Assembly (NCBI GenBank): GCA_964016885.1
Contig: OZ024746.1
Coordinates: forward strand, 61,938,001 to 62,002,000
Length of the DNA: 64,000 nt
Direction of reading: 5' to 3'
Source of the DNA: Eledone cirrhosa
Lineage: Eukaryota
Part shown: positions 27,642-43,409 of the stretch, in pieces
Layout: every line of letters starts with the position of its first letter
How positions within the stretch are numbered: position 1 is the first letter of the stretch
Notes under the pieces: model-generated
The model's input: the letters and a program-made list of their open reading frames with translations, nothing else
Told to the model about the DNA's origin: nothing
Databases searched by the model: none
Program-made: the position numbers and the translations under genes

Positions 27642-27712
27642 TATTTTATTATGCGCAATTCAAAAACAACTATCATCATGCGATGACATTTGCGTTTTCG
27701 TCAGATAAAATA
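27642..27712 (-). ncRNA. Hammerhead, second copy of the 21470 family (GAAA mutated to GAAT)
   Basis: 27612-27772 is near-identical to 21440-21598. Confidence 0.7.
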
Positions 27713-27767
27713 GGGAGACATGATATGAAGGTTAAAACACACTCTTGTGAATAGTGCAGTTTTAAAT

Positions 27768-27802
<35 letters not shown>

Positions 27803-27965
27803 AGACAGAAAGTTGTCACTGCTGTTTCTTGACAATTAAAAACCACTGTAAAGCGAGATTAATGAGCAAGTTATCTTATTTTAGGTTCTTTACTAGGAAT
27901 TTACCCATCGCTAACTTTGTAAAAGTTATCCCCCCCCCCCTCCATCCCCCTCTCTCTCTCTCCCC

Positions 27966-28027
<62 letters not shown>

Positions 28028-28166
28028 GCAATTAATGGTGGTATCCGAAGGGGGCAGGAAGTAATCATAGTAAAATAAAGGACTCAATACATTAGTAAAG
28101 AATAATCATGTATTTTATAAAGAAATTATTTCTACTGGACCAGAACTGTTTCAATCGTATGAAATC

Positions 28167-28241
<75 letters not shown>

Positions 28242-28261
28242 GTATATATATATGTATATAC

Positions 28262-28328
<67 letters not shown>

Positions 28329-28336
28329 GTATATAC

Positions 28337-28385
<49 letters not shown>

Positions 28386-28420
28386 CTGTGTGTGTATATA
28401 TATATGTATATATATATATA

Positions 28421-28566
<146 letters not shown>

Positions 28567-28699
28567 CATATGTGTGCGTGTTTGTGTATGTATGTGTGTG
28601 TGTGTGTATTATAATACACATATATACACACACACACACACTTACACACGTACACATTTTTTTTTCGTGCTTGCAGAGGACCATGTATGTGTGTTTCTG

Positions 28700-29748
28700 T
28701 TCTGTGTATATAAACATATGCAGGCATGTGTATATATGTACACATATACAGGCATGCATGTGTATATAAACATATGCAGGCATGTGTTTTTATATAAACA
28801 TATACAGGCATGTGTTTATATATACACATATGCAGGAATACATGTGTATATAAACATATGCAGGCATGTGTATACATATACACATATGCAGGCATGTGTG
28901 TATATATACACATATGCAGCGATGTGTGTATATATACATATGAAGGCATGTGTGTATATATACACATATGCCGGCATATGTATATATATATACACATATG
29001 CAGGCATGTGTGTCTATATACACATATGAAGGCATGCATGTGTATATAAACATATGCAGGCATGTGTATATATATACACATATACAGGCATTCATGTGTA
29101 TATAAACATATGCAGGCATGTGTTTATATATACACATATACAGGCATGTGTTTATATATACACATATACAGGCATGTGTGTATATATACACATATGCAGG
29201 CATGTGTTTATATATACACATATGCAGGCATGTGTGTATATATACACATATGGAGGCATGTGTGTATATATATACACATATGCAGGCATGCATGTGTATG
29301 TATATACACGTATGCAGACATATGTGTATATACACATATGCAGGCATGCATGTGTATGTATATACACGTATGCAGACATATGTGTATATACACATATGCA
29401 GGCATGCATGTGTATATAAACATATGCAGGCATGTGTTTATATATACACATATACAGGCATGTGTTTATATATACACATATACAGGCATGTGTTTATATA
29501 TACACATATGCAGGCATGTGTGTATATATATACACATATGCAGGCATGTGTGTATATATATACACATATGCAGGCATGTGTGTATATATATACACATATG
29601 CAGGCCTGCCTATGTATGTATATACACGTATGCAGACATATGTGTATATACACATATGCAAACATATGTGTATATACACATATGCAGGCATGTGTGTATA
29701 TATACACATATGCAGGCATGTATATGTACGTATATACACGTATGTACG
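28700..29748. repeat. ~28-bp (24-30) minisatellite CATATGCAGGCATGTGTGTATATATACA
   Basis: Recurrent GCAGGCATG core at ~28-bp spacing. Confidence 0.92.
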
Positions 29749-30032
29749 TCTAGAACGATTGAGTGATGTAGGGTAAACAGTGGTAAATGAAGTGGTGTTT
29801 AAATGTCTATTAGTTTCCCGTTGAAATAAAGATCTGTGCCATGACAGCAGTTTATTAACTACAATCAGGAAACCAACCTTTCATTGCATTAATACTAAGC
29901 TCTCTTTCCTTCTTATTCTCCATTTAAAAGGAAGTGTTAGATTTACGCTTTACCTCGCTTCATTGCAGTACTCTGTTGTATAGCGTGACACAGGATATAT
30001 AGATATATATATATGAGTATGTGACGTGTGAG

Positions 30033-30130
<98 letters not shown>

Positions 30131-30242
30131 TGCGCGCGCGTGTATGTGTGTTGGAGAGTATGTATGTGAGTATGTGTGTGTATGTATGTATGTGTATACG
30201 TGCGTGTGCATATAAACACACATTATATATACATACATATAA

Positions 30243-30430
30243 GGGCGGTGGATTGGCAGTATCGGTAGAGGGTCGGACGCCATGCGTTGACGCACAAAGT
30301 TACGGCCCTTGCCATTCTGAGTTCAAATCCCGCCGAGGTTAACTTTGCCTTTCATCCTTACGGGGGTCGATAAAATAAAGTACCAGTAATGTACTAGGTA
30401 TTTGCTGGCCTTGTGCCAAAAGTAGAAACA
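30243..30430 (+). mobile_element. SINE S1, full length
   Basis: Family match; ATTATATATACATAC duplicated on both sides. Confidence 0.92.
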
Positions 30431-30478
30431 ATTATATATACATACGTAATATATATAATATACTCACACAGACACACG

Positions 30479-30510
<32 letters not shown>

Positions 30511-30550
30511 CATACATATGTATACATACATACATATAACATTTATACCT

Positions 30551-30624
<74 letters not shown>

Positions 30625-30678
30625 AGAATATTTTCGATGTATGTATATACACGTATGCAGGCATATGTGTATATATAT

Positions 30679-30742
<64 letters not shown>

Positions 30743-30781
30743 GATATTAATAAATGGAAACTATATTTATAAAACCATATT

Positions 30782-30846
30782 TATTTCATTATACATATTT
30801 CAGGGATACCAAATTAAATTATGGTATGCCTTCATCAGACAAAATA
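30782..30846 (-). ncRNA. Type I hammerhead ribozyme (family A, element ~30741-31060)
   Basis: TATTTTGT-CTGATGA-AGGCATACCA..TGGTATCCCT-GAAA-TATGTA-TA-ATGAAATA. Confidence 0.78.
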
Positions 30847-31057
30847 CAATATATAACAGTTTTACAAATAAGCTTTGACGTACCCTTTTAAAATGCAACC
30901 ATTGTTTTTGGAAACCATCTGGATAGTGAATTGTTTATATTATTTTAATAAGTCATAGTGTTAAGGACAGTTAGAAAAAGACGGAGAGAAAGAAAAAAGA
31001 CGGAGAGAGAGAACAAATATTTACTTGTTGTATCCCAACAATTTTAAATACAACTTT

Positions 31058-31164
<107 letters not shown>

Positions 31165-31181
31165 GTGCACTTATATATATA

Positions 31182-31263
<82 letters not shown>

Positions 31264-31420
31264 TGCCTCTGCGTATTTATGCAATTGCATCAATTTATTA
31301 TGTGTTCACACACATATATATAGAGAGATAGAAATGTATGATTGTATTTAATATATTCATGTGTCAATATATTCATTTAATATATTCATGTGTCATGTAT
31401 ATATATATATATATATATAT

Positions 31421-31614
31421 ATAGGAACAGGTAAGACCCCGACGGCTGAGCTCAAGCCGTTTCGACGGCTAATTCAGTCCAGAATTAGCCGTCGAAACGG
31501 CTTGAGCTCAGCCGTCGGGGTCTTACCTGTTCCTATTACCCACTCTACTACCCTAAGTATTGAGTACTTTGGTGTGTTATGGTCCACCTGGTTCCTTACC
31601 ACATTTCCTTCGTT
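31421..31614 (+). mobile_element. Family C element; fold-back 31421-31536 centred on hammerhead stem II
   Basis: GACGGCTAATT..AATTAGCCGTC-GAAAC-GGC(TTGAGCTCA)GCC-GTC-GGGG. Confidence 0.82.
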
Positions 31615-31627
31615 ATATATATATATT

Positions 31628-31665
<38 letters not shown>

Positions 31666-31684
31666 GTGTGCACTTATATATATA

Positions 31685-31738
<54 letters not shown>

Positions 31739-31823
31739 CATACATATAAATATGTATATAAACACACGCATGTAATCGAACACGTACAGAGGCACTTATG
31801 AAATAATTTGTGTATTTACTGTG

Positions 31824-32117
31824 GTACATACATACATAAACACATACATACATTACATACATACATATGTAAATACATACATACATACACACATACATAC
31901 ATACACACATACAAACATACATACATATGTACATACATACATACATACATAAACACATACATACATACATACATACATACATACATACATACATACATAC
32001 ATACATACATACATACATAGATACATATGTACATACATACATATGTACATACATACATATGTACATACATACATACATAAACACACACATACATACATAC
32101 ATACATACATACATACA

Positions 32118-32148
<31 letters not shown>

Positions 32149-32329
32149 GTACATACATACATAAACACATACATACATACATACATACATACATACATAC
32201 ATACATACATACATACATACATACATACATACATACATACATACATACATACATAAACACATACATACATACATATGTACATACATACATAAACACATAC
32301 ATACATACATACATATGTACATACATACA

Positions 32330-32360
<31 letters not shown>

Positions 32361-33180
32361 GTACATACATACATATGTACATACATACATACATACAAAC
32401 ATACATATGTACATACATACAAACATACATAAATACATACATACAAACATACATATGTACATACATACATACATACATACATACATACATAAACACATAC
32501 ATACAAACATACATAAACACATACATACAAACATACATATGTACATACATACATATGTACATACATACATACATACAAACATACATATGTACATACATAC
32601 ATATGTACATACATACATACATACATACATACATACATACATACATACATACATAATAAACACATACATACATACATACATAAACACATACATACATACA
32701 TACATAAACACATACATACATACATACATAAACACATACATACATACATAAACACATACATACAAACATACATATGTACATACATACATATGTACATACA
32801 TACATACATACAAACATACATATGTACATACATACATATGTACATACATACATACATACATAAACACATACATACATACATTCATACATAAACACATACA
32901 TACATACATAAACACATACATACAAACATACATATGTACATACATACAAACATACATAAACACATACATACAAACATACATAAACACATACATACAAACA
33001 TACATATGTACATACATACATACATACAAACATACATAAACACATACATACATACATACATACATACATACATACATACATTAACACATACATACAAACA
33101 TACATAAACACATACATACAAACATACATACATACAAACATACATATGTACATACATACATACATACATACACACATACA
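31824..33180. repeat. Degenerate (TACA)n array with recurrent TATG/TAAA/CAAA variants
   Basis: Direct reading. Confidence 0.95.
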
Positions 33181-33259
33181 AACGTTTAGTCTTTTCGCGT
33201 ACTCTCTCTCTATCTCCCTCTCTCTTTCTCTCTCTCTATATATATATATATATGTGTGT

Positions 33260-33308
<49 letters not shown>

Positions 33309-33362
33309 TATACACATACACACACACAAACACACTCAATCATATATATATATATATTATAT

Positions 33363-33403
<41 letters not shown>

Positions 33404-33404
33404 T

Positions 33405-33462
<58 letters not shown>

Positions 33463-33595
33463 TATACATATATATATGTATATGTTAATACACACAAGCA
33501 CGCACACCTATATGTGTGGGAGTACGTGTACTTGTACATGTATGCGTATGTACGTGTATATAGGTATATATATATATACACACACATATATATAT

Positions 33596-33746
<151 letters not shown>

Positions 33747-33771
33747 TATATACATACATACGTATATATAC

Positions 33772-33984
<213 letters not shown>

Positions 33985-34217
33985 TGTGTGGTGTAACATG
34001 TCTGTTTCTTTCTATGTCTATGGTCATCTGTTAACAATTAACATATAATAACGTTTATAACGACATATTAATTACTCATAATTTACTCAGTCCAAACTAC
34101 TTCCAAATTTTACATATACCCTTATCAGGAATTCTGTGACATCGGGGCCGTCTAGGCCTCCACCCCATCCTCGTTATATACTGACCCCTAACTCATCATA
34201 TTCCTATTATTATTATT

Positions 34218-34745
34218 GTTGGACAACTTCCAGAAATCCCTGGCCTGGCAGTGCTACCGAGAAGCTTTGACAGTTCAGGATAAACTCTACAGGCATGGAG
34301 GTGCCGTCAGCCGGGCATGTCCGAGATGCGCGCAGGGCGACGAAACCGTCCTGCACGCACTCGTCCAGTGTCCGAGCATTGCTGACTTGTGGGTTTATGT
34401 CGAACACCTGCTCTCTTCCCAGCATTTTGTTGAAAGATGGGTGAGAGAAGCAAGAATGGCCCGAGTGAATGGGCCTACTCTGAGCATATATCTGTAAATT
34501 AAAGGTGGAAAACTGGGAGAGGGCACTTGCCTTGGTAGTCAGGGTCATTGTGGCTTTTTACTGGGCTTTCTCCACAAATGTCCCTCCGAAGTCTCCCCCC
34601 TATTGGGGAATTTTTCATTGTTATTTTTGTTACATCCTCTGTTTTTGTTTTTTTACACGCAGAAATGCCCATTTGTACCGTCCTGCATTGTCCTGCACTG
34701 TCCTTAATGTCTACTTTATGTAAACCCTTGTGGTTAATAAAGAAA

Positions 34746-34790
<45 letters not shown>
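34218..34790 (+). mobile_element. 3' end of an L1/Tx1-like LINE (zf-RVT-type zinc knuckle, 3'UTR, (ATT)n tail)
   Basis: AWQCYREAL..CPRCAQGDETVLHALVQCP..LW; AATAAA then (ATT)n; ATT repeats also on the 5' side. Confidence 0.85.
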
Positions 34791-34791
<1 letters not shown>

Positions 34792-34939
34792 GAATCCCCC
34801 TCACCAATATAAGTGTTACTAATCTGTGGGGAATCGCGAACTATAAAAATACTAAACTCCCTACCTACCCCGTACGTGAGGATGTAGGAAAGAATGTATG
34901 TATGTATATATATATATATATATATATAATTATATATAT

Positions 34940-35060
<121 letters not shown>

Positions 35061-35063
35061 CAT

Positions 35064-35165
<102 letters not shown>

Positions 35166-35247
35166 ATATGTATATATATATCCATATTTTTATGTATATA
35201 TATATATATATATGTATATGTACATATGTATGCATATTTGTTTGTAG

Positions 35248-35290
<43 letters not shown>

Positions 35291-35743
35291 CTGTGTGTAT
35301 ATGTGAGTGTCGGCTAGAATGCTGAATGCTAGAATCTGTTCCGGCACATTGAGTTCAAATCTCATGGGGGATCAGCTTTGCTTTTATTTCATCCTGTCAA
35401 GTTCTACAAATAAAATCTTAGTGGAGACTTGATTTGTTTCGCTCCTCATCACCCCCACCCTCTCTCTTTCCCTCTCTCTCCCTCTCTCTCTCTCTCTCTC
35501 AGTCTCTCTCCATGTCCCTCACTTTTCTCTCTCATCCCTTCTCTCCTCCTCGCTTCCTCTCCCCCTCTCGTCACTTCTCCCTCAGAATTAGCTACACACG
35601 CCTGTGGGAAACTAATTACTGTTTCTGTAATGTCACAGAGAATAGGAGAGCCTACTGACATAATTTACCACATCTCCAGAGAATTTGGAAGACTCACCAT
35701 CAATTCCTGACTTGGTGCTTCCGCATGATTACATATCTATATC

Positions 35744-35843
<100 letters not shown>

Positions 35844-36039
35844 CACATGTATATATATATATATTCGGAGTACGTGGCTCTGATCAACACCAACCAGCGT
35901 AAAACAGACTGTCATCTTCTCTCCCTTCTTTCGCCGAAAAGAAGTAAGTGACATAGTCACTATTTTAAAACTGATAGCGTATGGTCTTCTAAATGTTTTT
36001 AATTACATATGGTATATTGCCAAATATACTATACATACA

Positions 36040-36460
<421 letters not shown>

Positions 36461-36576
36461 ACTGCAATATTTGAAGGGTACGACAATGCGAAATGGATGG
36501 TAAACTGTGAAAAACTTTAAAGACGTCCAAAGATGACAACCAAAAAGCATAACTCCGAACCAGTTACTTATTTTAA

Positions 36577-36614
36577 TCTTCTGATGAAGGGATTTTAATC
36601 CCGAAATATAAGGA
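36577..36614 (+). ncRNA. Minimal type I hammerhead
   Basis: TCTT-CTGATGA-A-GGGAT(ttta)ATCCC-GAAA-TA-TA-AGGA then AATAAA; between degenerate inverted arms ~36470-36515 and ~36665-36712. Confidence 0.68.
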
Positions 36615-37036
36615 CAGATAAATAAATGTCATATAATATACAAAACATCTTCGTTGCCAACACGCATTTTCGAAATTTACCGTATCTTTCGAGTTGTCGG
36701 AACCATCAAATAACACACTACTTTATACACTACGCACAATACTTCAAATAAACTAGAACCCCCCCCCCCCACACACACACATACACACACATGTAATCAC
36801 ACACACACGCACACACATTTAAATGTAACATGCTTCCGTACTGTTTACGGGGTTGTGAGTGCGTATTTTTGTTCTTTCCTAGTTTCAATCATTGGACTCT
36901 CACTATGCTGGGTTTAATTGATCGTATCAACTTCAGTACTTATTTATGAAAGCCCGTTTCCTATTTCATCAATCTCTATTTTTTGAATTGCTAAGTTATA
37001 GGACATAAAATACAAAACCCTTACATAGATAAAATT

Positions 37037-37075
<39 letters not shown>

Positions 37076-37538
37076 GAAACACACAAACTCACACACACAC
37101 AAACACAAACACACAAACACACACGCACAAACACAAACACACATGCACACACACACTCACACAAACACCCACACACACACAAACACACATACAAAAACAT
37201 ACACACACAAACACGCACACACATTTAAATATGACAGGTTTCCGCACTATCTCCGTTTACCAAACGACACCCGTAAGACATTAGTCAACTCTTTGGTATA
37301 ATAGAAGCCATGTGCTCAGGATGACACAGATTGCGATCGAACCGGAAACAACTATCTTTGCTCCAAATATATTTAAAGAAATTGTTTTTCTCCTGTGTAG
37401 TATGAACGAAATCTTAATTTGTTTCACCTCTTCTAAATAATTACCCAATTTATAAGGAAATAATCCAATTAATCTCAGAACTTCCTAATTAATAATTACT
37501 ATTTCCTGGATGGAAAATAAACTGTTGAGATTTATTTA

Positions 37539-38048
<510 letters not shown>

Positions 38049-38069
38049 GTAAAAGGTAAAAATATATAT

Positions 38070-38210
38070 AACGAAGAAAGTGTGGTAAGGAACCAGGTGA
38101 CCCATAACTCGGCAGAGTACTCGATACTTAGGGTAGTAGAGTGGGTAATAGGAAGAAAGTCAGGAACCCGACGGCTGAGCTCCGGCCGTTTCAACAGCTA
38201 GATCAGAACA
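38070..38210 (-). mobile_element. Family C element
   Basis: Reverse complement of 31490-31614. Confidence 0.8.
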
Positions 38211-38341
38211 AGATATGATCTAATAAGGGAGCCTCTTATTTGCTCGTTTGATCTGCAAAAATATCTCTGAATCCAGATTCTATCATCTTGTTAAAAACAG
38301 GAGGATGATATTGTATGATGTAGTCTGAGATAAAATATATA

Positions 38342-40234
38342 CGAGGGTTGGCTGAAGGGTTCATAGGCTGAAGGGTTCATAGGCTGAAAGGTGCATGGAC
38401 GGAATGGTTCATAGGCTGAAAGGTTCATAGGCTGAAAGGTTCATAGGCTGAAGGGTTCATAGGCTGAAGGGTTCATAGGCTGAAAGGTTCATAGGCTGAA
38501 AGGTTCATAGGCTGAAAGGTTCATAGGCTGAAAGGTTCATAGGCTGAACGGTTCATAGGCTGAAAGGTTCATAGGCTGAAAGGTTCATAGGCTGAAAGGT
38601 TCATAGGCTGAAAGGTTCATAGGCTGAACGGTTCATAGGCTGAAGGGTTCATAGGCTGAAAGATTCATAGGCTGAACGGTTCATAGGCTGAAGGGTTCAT
38701 AGGCTGGAGGGTTCATAGGCTGAAAGGTTCATAGGCTGAAAGGTTCATAGGCTGAACGGTTCATAGGCTGAAAGGTTCATAGGCTGAAAGGTTCATAGGC
38801 TGAAAGGTTCATAGGCTGAAAGGTTCATAGGCTGAAGGGTTCATAGGCTGAAGGGTTCATAGGCTGAAAGGTGCATGGACGGAATGGCTCATAGGCTGAA
38901 AGGTTCATAGGCTGAAAGGTTCATAGGCTGAAGGGTTCATAGGCTGAAGGGTTCATAGGCTGAAAGGTTCATAGGCTGAAAGGTTCATAGGCTGAAAGGT
39001 GCATGGACAGAATGGTTCATAGGCTGAAAGGTTCATAGGCTGAAAGGTTCATAGGCTGAAGGGTTCATAGGCTGAAGGGTTCATAGGCTGAAAGGTTCAT
39101 AGGCTGAAAGGTTCATAGGCTGAAAGGTGCATGGACGGAATGGTTCATAGGCTGAAAGGTCCATAGGCTGAAAGGTTCATAGGCTGAAAGGTCCATAGGC
39201 TGAAAGGTTCATAGGCTGAAAGGTTCATAGGCTGAAAGGTTCATAGGTTGAAAGGTCCATAGGCTGGAAGGTTCATAGGCTGAAAGGTTCATAGGCTGAA
39301 CGGTTCATAGGCTGAAGGGTTCATAGGCTGGAAGGTTCATAGGCTGAAAGATACATAAGCTGAACGGTTCATGAGCTGAAAGGTTCATAGGCTGAAAGCT
39401 TCATGGGCTGAAAGGTCCATAGGCTGGAAGGTTCATAGGCTGAAAGGTTCATGGGCTGAAAGGTTCATAGGCTGAAAGGTTCATAGGCTGAAAGGTTCAT
39501 AGGCTGAAAGGTGCATGGACGGAATGGTTCATAGGCTGAAAGGTTCATAGGCTGAAAGGTTCATAGGCTGAAGGGTTCATAGGCTGAAAGGTCCATAGGC
39601 TGAAAGGTTCATAGGCTGAAAGGTCCATAGGCTGAAAGTTTCATAGGCTGAAAGGTTCATAGGCTGAAAGGTCCATAGGCTGGAAGGTTCATAGGCTGAA
39701 AGGTCCATAGGCTGAAAGGTTCATAGGCTGAAAGGTTCATAGGCTGAAAGGTTCATAGGCTGAAAGATACATAAGCTGAACGGTTCATGAGCTGAAAGGT
39801 TCATAGGCTGAAAGCTTCATGGGCTGAAAGGTCCATAGGCTTGAAGGTTCATACGCTGAAAGGTTCATGGGCTGAAAGGTTCATAGGCTGAAAGGTTCAT
39901 AGGCTGAAAGGTTCATAGGCTGAAAAGTTCATAGGAAGAAAGGTTCATAGGCAGAAAGGTCCATAGGCTGAAAGATTCATAGGCTGAAAGGTTTATAGGC
40001 TGAAAGATTCATAGGCTGAAAGGTTCATAGGCTGAAAGATTAATAGGCTGAAAGTTTCATAGGCTGACTAAGATACTCTCATGGAATGGCCCAATGAAAT
40101 TTATTTTTCAACATAATCCCTGGAATTAAACAATGCTGTTATTAACAAGAGAATTGAAATTATCGCATGTAAGATTTCACAGCCCTAGCATCATTCCCTT
40201 ATAGCCAGCCTACACCCCTTTCGGCCTACTAGCG
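38342..40234. mobile_element. Mariner-type MITE whose left TIR has expanded into a satellite
   Basis: Starts TA-CGAGGGTTGGCTGA; resumes AAGATACTCTCATGGAATG as in the 36128 and 42533 copies. Confidence 0.85.
38350..40067. repeat. 16-bp tandem array GGCTGAAAGGTTCATA, ~107 units
   Basis: Direct reading. Confidence 0.97.
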
Positions 40235-40555
40235 TAGTCAGAGATAAAAAATATATATGGAAAGACGCAATGATCAAGATCAGAATAGTTTTAATCATAA
40301 AGGTTTGTTCAATCAATACTGAACTGGTGAAAGGGCGACCGCAACACGGCTTCATAGCCTAATTAACATTTTTAAATTAATCCGGTAATGATGTGGCGCA
40401 GCAATATGTAGGGCTCCCACGTACAGTCAAATTGAAGTTAGTAATATCGTAATTAGGGGATTATTTACAATATTCTACGTAATTAATAAGCTCATTTGTT
40501 ACTAAAAGTATCTAATTGGACTCAACACAATTTTAAAACAAAATTCAATTATATA

Positions 40556-40759
<204 letters not shown>

Positions 40760-40776
40760 GATATAGATATATAGAT

Positions 40777-40823
<47 letters not shown>

Positions 40824-40834
40824 TAGATATATAT

Positions 40835-41006
40835 AACGAAGAAAGTGTGGCAAGGAACCAGGTGGACCATAACGCACCAGAGTACTCGATAGTTAGGGTA
40901 GTAGAGTGGGTAATGGGTTAGGGTAGTAGAGTGGGTAAGAGTTAAGACCCAGACAGCTGAGCTCCGGCCGCTTCGACAGCAAACGGTCGGAGTCTTGATT
41001 CTTTTC
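40835..41006 (-). mobile_element. Family C element with internal duplication
   Basis: GTGTGGCAAGGAACCAGG; TTAGGGTAGTAGAGTGGGTAA twice. Confidence 0.75.
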
Positions 41007-41008
41007 AT

Positions 41009-41045
<37 letters not shown>

Positions 41046-41047
41046 CA

Positions 41048-41107
<60 letters not shown>

Positions 41108-41340
41108 CAGCGAGAATCGCATTTCGGCGGGTAGAAATTAACGAAACGCAACTTCCATATTGTGCTGACAAGCGCTCGATGGAACTGAAGAAGATACCAG
41201 AGCTATAAACATAGGTTTAAAAGGTCATACACGCTGAGACGATGGTTAAGAAGCCATTAACCACCATAGCCAAAAAAGCGAACAAGCTAAAACGGGTCAA
41301 ACAAAATGAGATATGATTGAAATATATATATATATATTTG

Positions 41341-41389
<49 letters not shown>

Positions 41390-41394
<5 letters not shown>

Positions 41395-41715
41395 TGGTTA
41401 AAGTGTTGGATTCGCAATCGTGAGGTTGTGAGTTCGATTCTTGGACCGGGCGGTGTGTTATGTCCTTGAGCAAGACACTTTATTTCACGTAGCTTCAGTT
41501 CAGTCAACTGTAGAAATGAGTTGCAACGTCTTTGGTGCCAACCTCTATCGGCCATAGCCTTTACCCTCGGTCAACATCAGTGGAGTGGTAAGGAGGGGAA
41601 TGGTATGCATGGCAGACTACAGGTCGGCAACAAAAACACATTACCTGAGCTTGTGCCTCAGAAGGGAATATTCTAGATGTAAAACCCATGATTAGTTATG
41701 ACCGAAGGGTCTTTT
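41390..41715 (+). mobile_element. Second tRNA-derived SINE family with CORE-like central motif
   Basis: TAGTGGTTAAAGTG, GAGTTCGATTC, TGTCCTTGAGCAAGACACTT. Confidence 0.8.
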
Positions 41716-41729
41716 TATCTCTCTTTTAC

Positions 41730-41834
<105 letters not shown>

Positions 41835-41849
41835 GGATATGTGAGAACA

Positions 41850-42508
41850 CCAATTAAAGGTAGTATGTGTTCCATGCCACCCAACATACCAAATAAAGCC
41901 AACAACTCGGAAACCAATTGCATGGTGAGTTATTGGAATAACCCTGTCAACATAAGTTAACAGATGAGATAACTGCAACTGCCAACATAAAGACTTTGAC
42001 CTTTGGACAATTTATGTAAAGTTGAATGATTAACCTAACAAGTTACAACTTCAGTCGATGAGACACAGAATACCCAATATTATACACCAGAATGTGTGAG
42101 GGAAGCTTCATGAGCCACTAGATAAACCTTAAGTTTACATTTAGACAGAGAATATAAAACATGACAATATCAAGTGATTTATGGCACTTATAGACTCAGA
42201 ACGTTTACATGTTTAGTACCACCTGTTCTTTACTGTACTTCAGAAACACATACACTTTCTGTTCAGATTTCTATGGCCTCTGCAATGATGAAAAATGCTT
42301 TAGCCTCATCAAAACGACAAACATTTTAAACACTAGATTAGAATTAATCTCTAGGTATCGACACAAAGACAAATTCATTTTTTCGAACCCAAACCGAAGT
42401 ATCGATTAAGAGCCGGGATCCGGTCGCATGATCAGACCCGAGCTGATCGATATAGAAGCAACAAACTGTAATAGGAAATAAAGATTACAAAAGAAAGGAT
42501 GCATTTCT
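41850..42508 (+). mobile_element. Decayed Penelope-like element: C-terminal GIY-YIG endonuclease region plus 3' end on (TA)n
   Basis: Pieces read CNCQHK..PL..LC, CEGSF, SSDLWHL, GLCNDEK, NILNTRLELISRYRHKDKF, resembling the PLE pattern CNC..CPL.G.C / C.LC..EK / LNKR.EL.S.CRH..KF (recognised from memory). Confidence 0.72.
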
Positions 42509-42532
42509 TATATATATATATATATATATATA

Positions 42533-42705
42533 CGAGGGTTGGCTGAACAGTTCATAGGCTGACCAAGATACCCTCATGGAATGACCAAATGTGGTTAATT
42601 TTTCAACATAGTCGCTAGAAAGAAACTGCAGCAAATAATAAGAAGAGTTGAAATTAATGCATGCAAGATTTCACAGCGCTAGCATTACTCATTCATAGTC
42701 AACCT
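42533..42705. mobile_element. Mariner-type MITE (unexpanded relative of 38342)
   Basis: TACGAGGGTTGGCTGAACAGTTCATAGGCTGACCAAGATAC. Confidence 0.8.
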
Positions 42706-42769
42706 ATATATATATATCTGTGTGTCTCTGTGTGTATGTATGCGCATATGTGTGCGTATGACGTTTAAA

Positions 42770-42925
42770 TTCTTCTTCTTCTTCTTCTTCTTCTTCTTCT
42801 TCTTCTTCTTCTTCTTCTTCTTCTTCTTCTTCTTCTTCTTCTTCTTCTTCTTCTTCTTCTTCTTCTTCTTCTTCTTCTTCTTCTTCTTCTTCTTCTTCTT
42901 CTTCTTCTTCTTCTTCTTCTTCTTC
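42770..42925. repeat. Perfect (TTC)n, ~52 units, at the 3' side of an RTE fragment
   Basis: Direct reading. Confidence 0.97.
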
Positions 42926-43409
42926 AGCAAAGCTCATGGATGTTATCCAACCATCTTGCTTAGGGTCTCCTATCGGTTGGTTTTGCCCGTAAAATCTGTC
43001 CAGCGATTCTTTCCTGAGACATTCTAACCACATGATCATGGTATTAGAGCTGCGATCTCTCAATTCAGAGAAGTACCGGCTCTACCTGGAGTAACTCTCT
43101 GATCTCCCTCCGAGTTACGCATTCTATCGAGTAACCTTATTCCAAAACCCTTGGGAGGAACCCCATTTCAGCTGATTGTATTCGCAATCGTATTCTTTCG
43201 GTCATTACACATGATTCATTACCATAGATAAGTGTCGGCACAAACACCGAATTGAAGTTAACGAATTTGGCTTTTACACCTACCGCCCTTCTTCTGATTA
43301 CTGAATGCTGAAGCTGGCTCATTGTTGCACCAGCTGTTGCAATTCTTGCACTTAATTCAGCCTCCTGCCTTCTATAACTCGTGAACACAGCCCCGAGATA
43401 CTGGAACAT
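42926..43409 (-). mobile_element. RTE LINE C-terminal fragment
   Basis: FQYLGAVFT..VFVPTLIYGNES..AEMGFL; homologous to 835-1330. Confidence 0.9.

Noticed and set aside
38350-40067. CRISPR-like regular array
   Set aside because: Head-to-tail units without unique spacers, eukaryotic context, no cas genes
42685-43063. Poly-K, poly-E and poly-F ORFs
   Set aside because: (TTC)n repeat next to an RTE fragment
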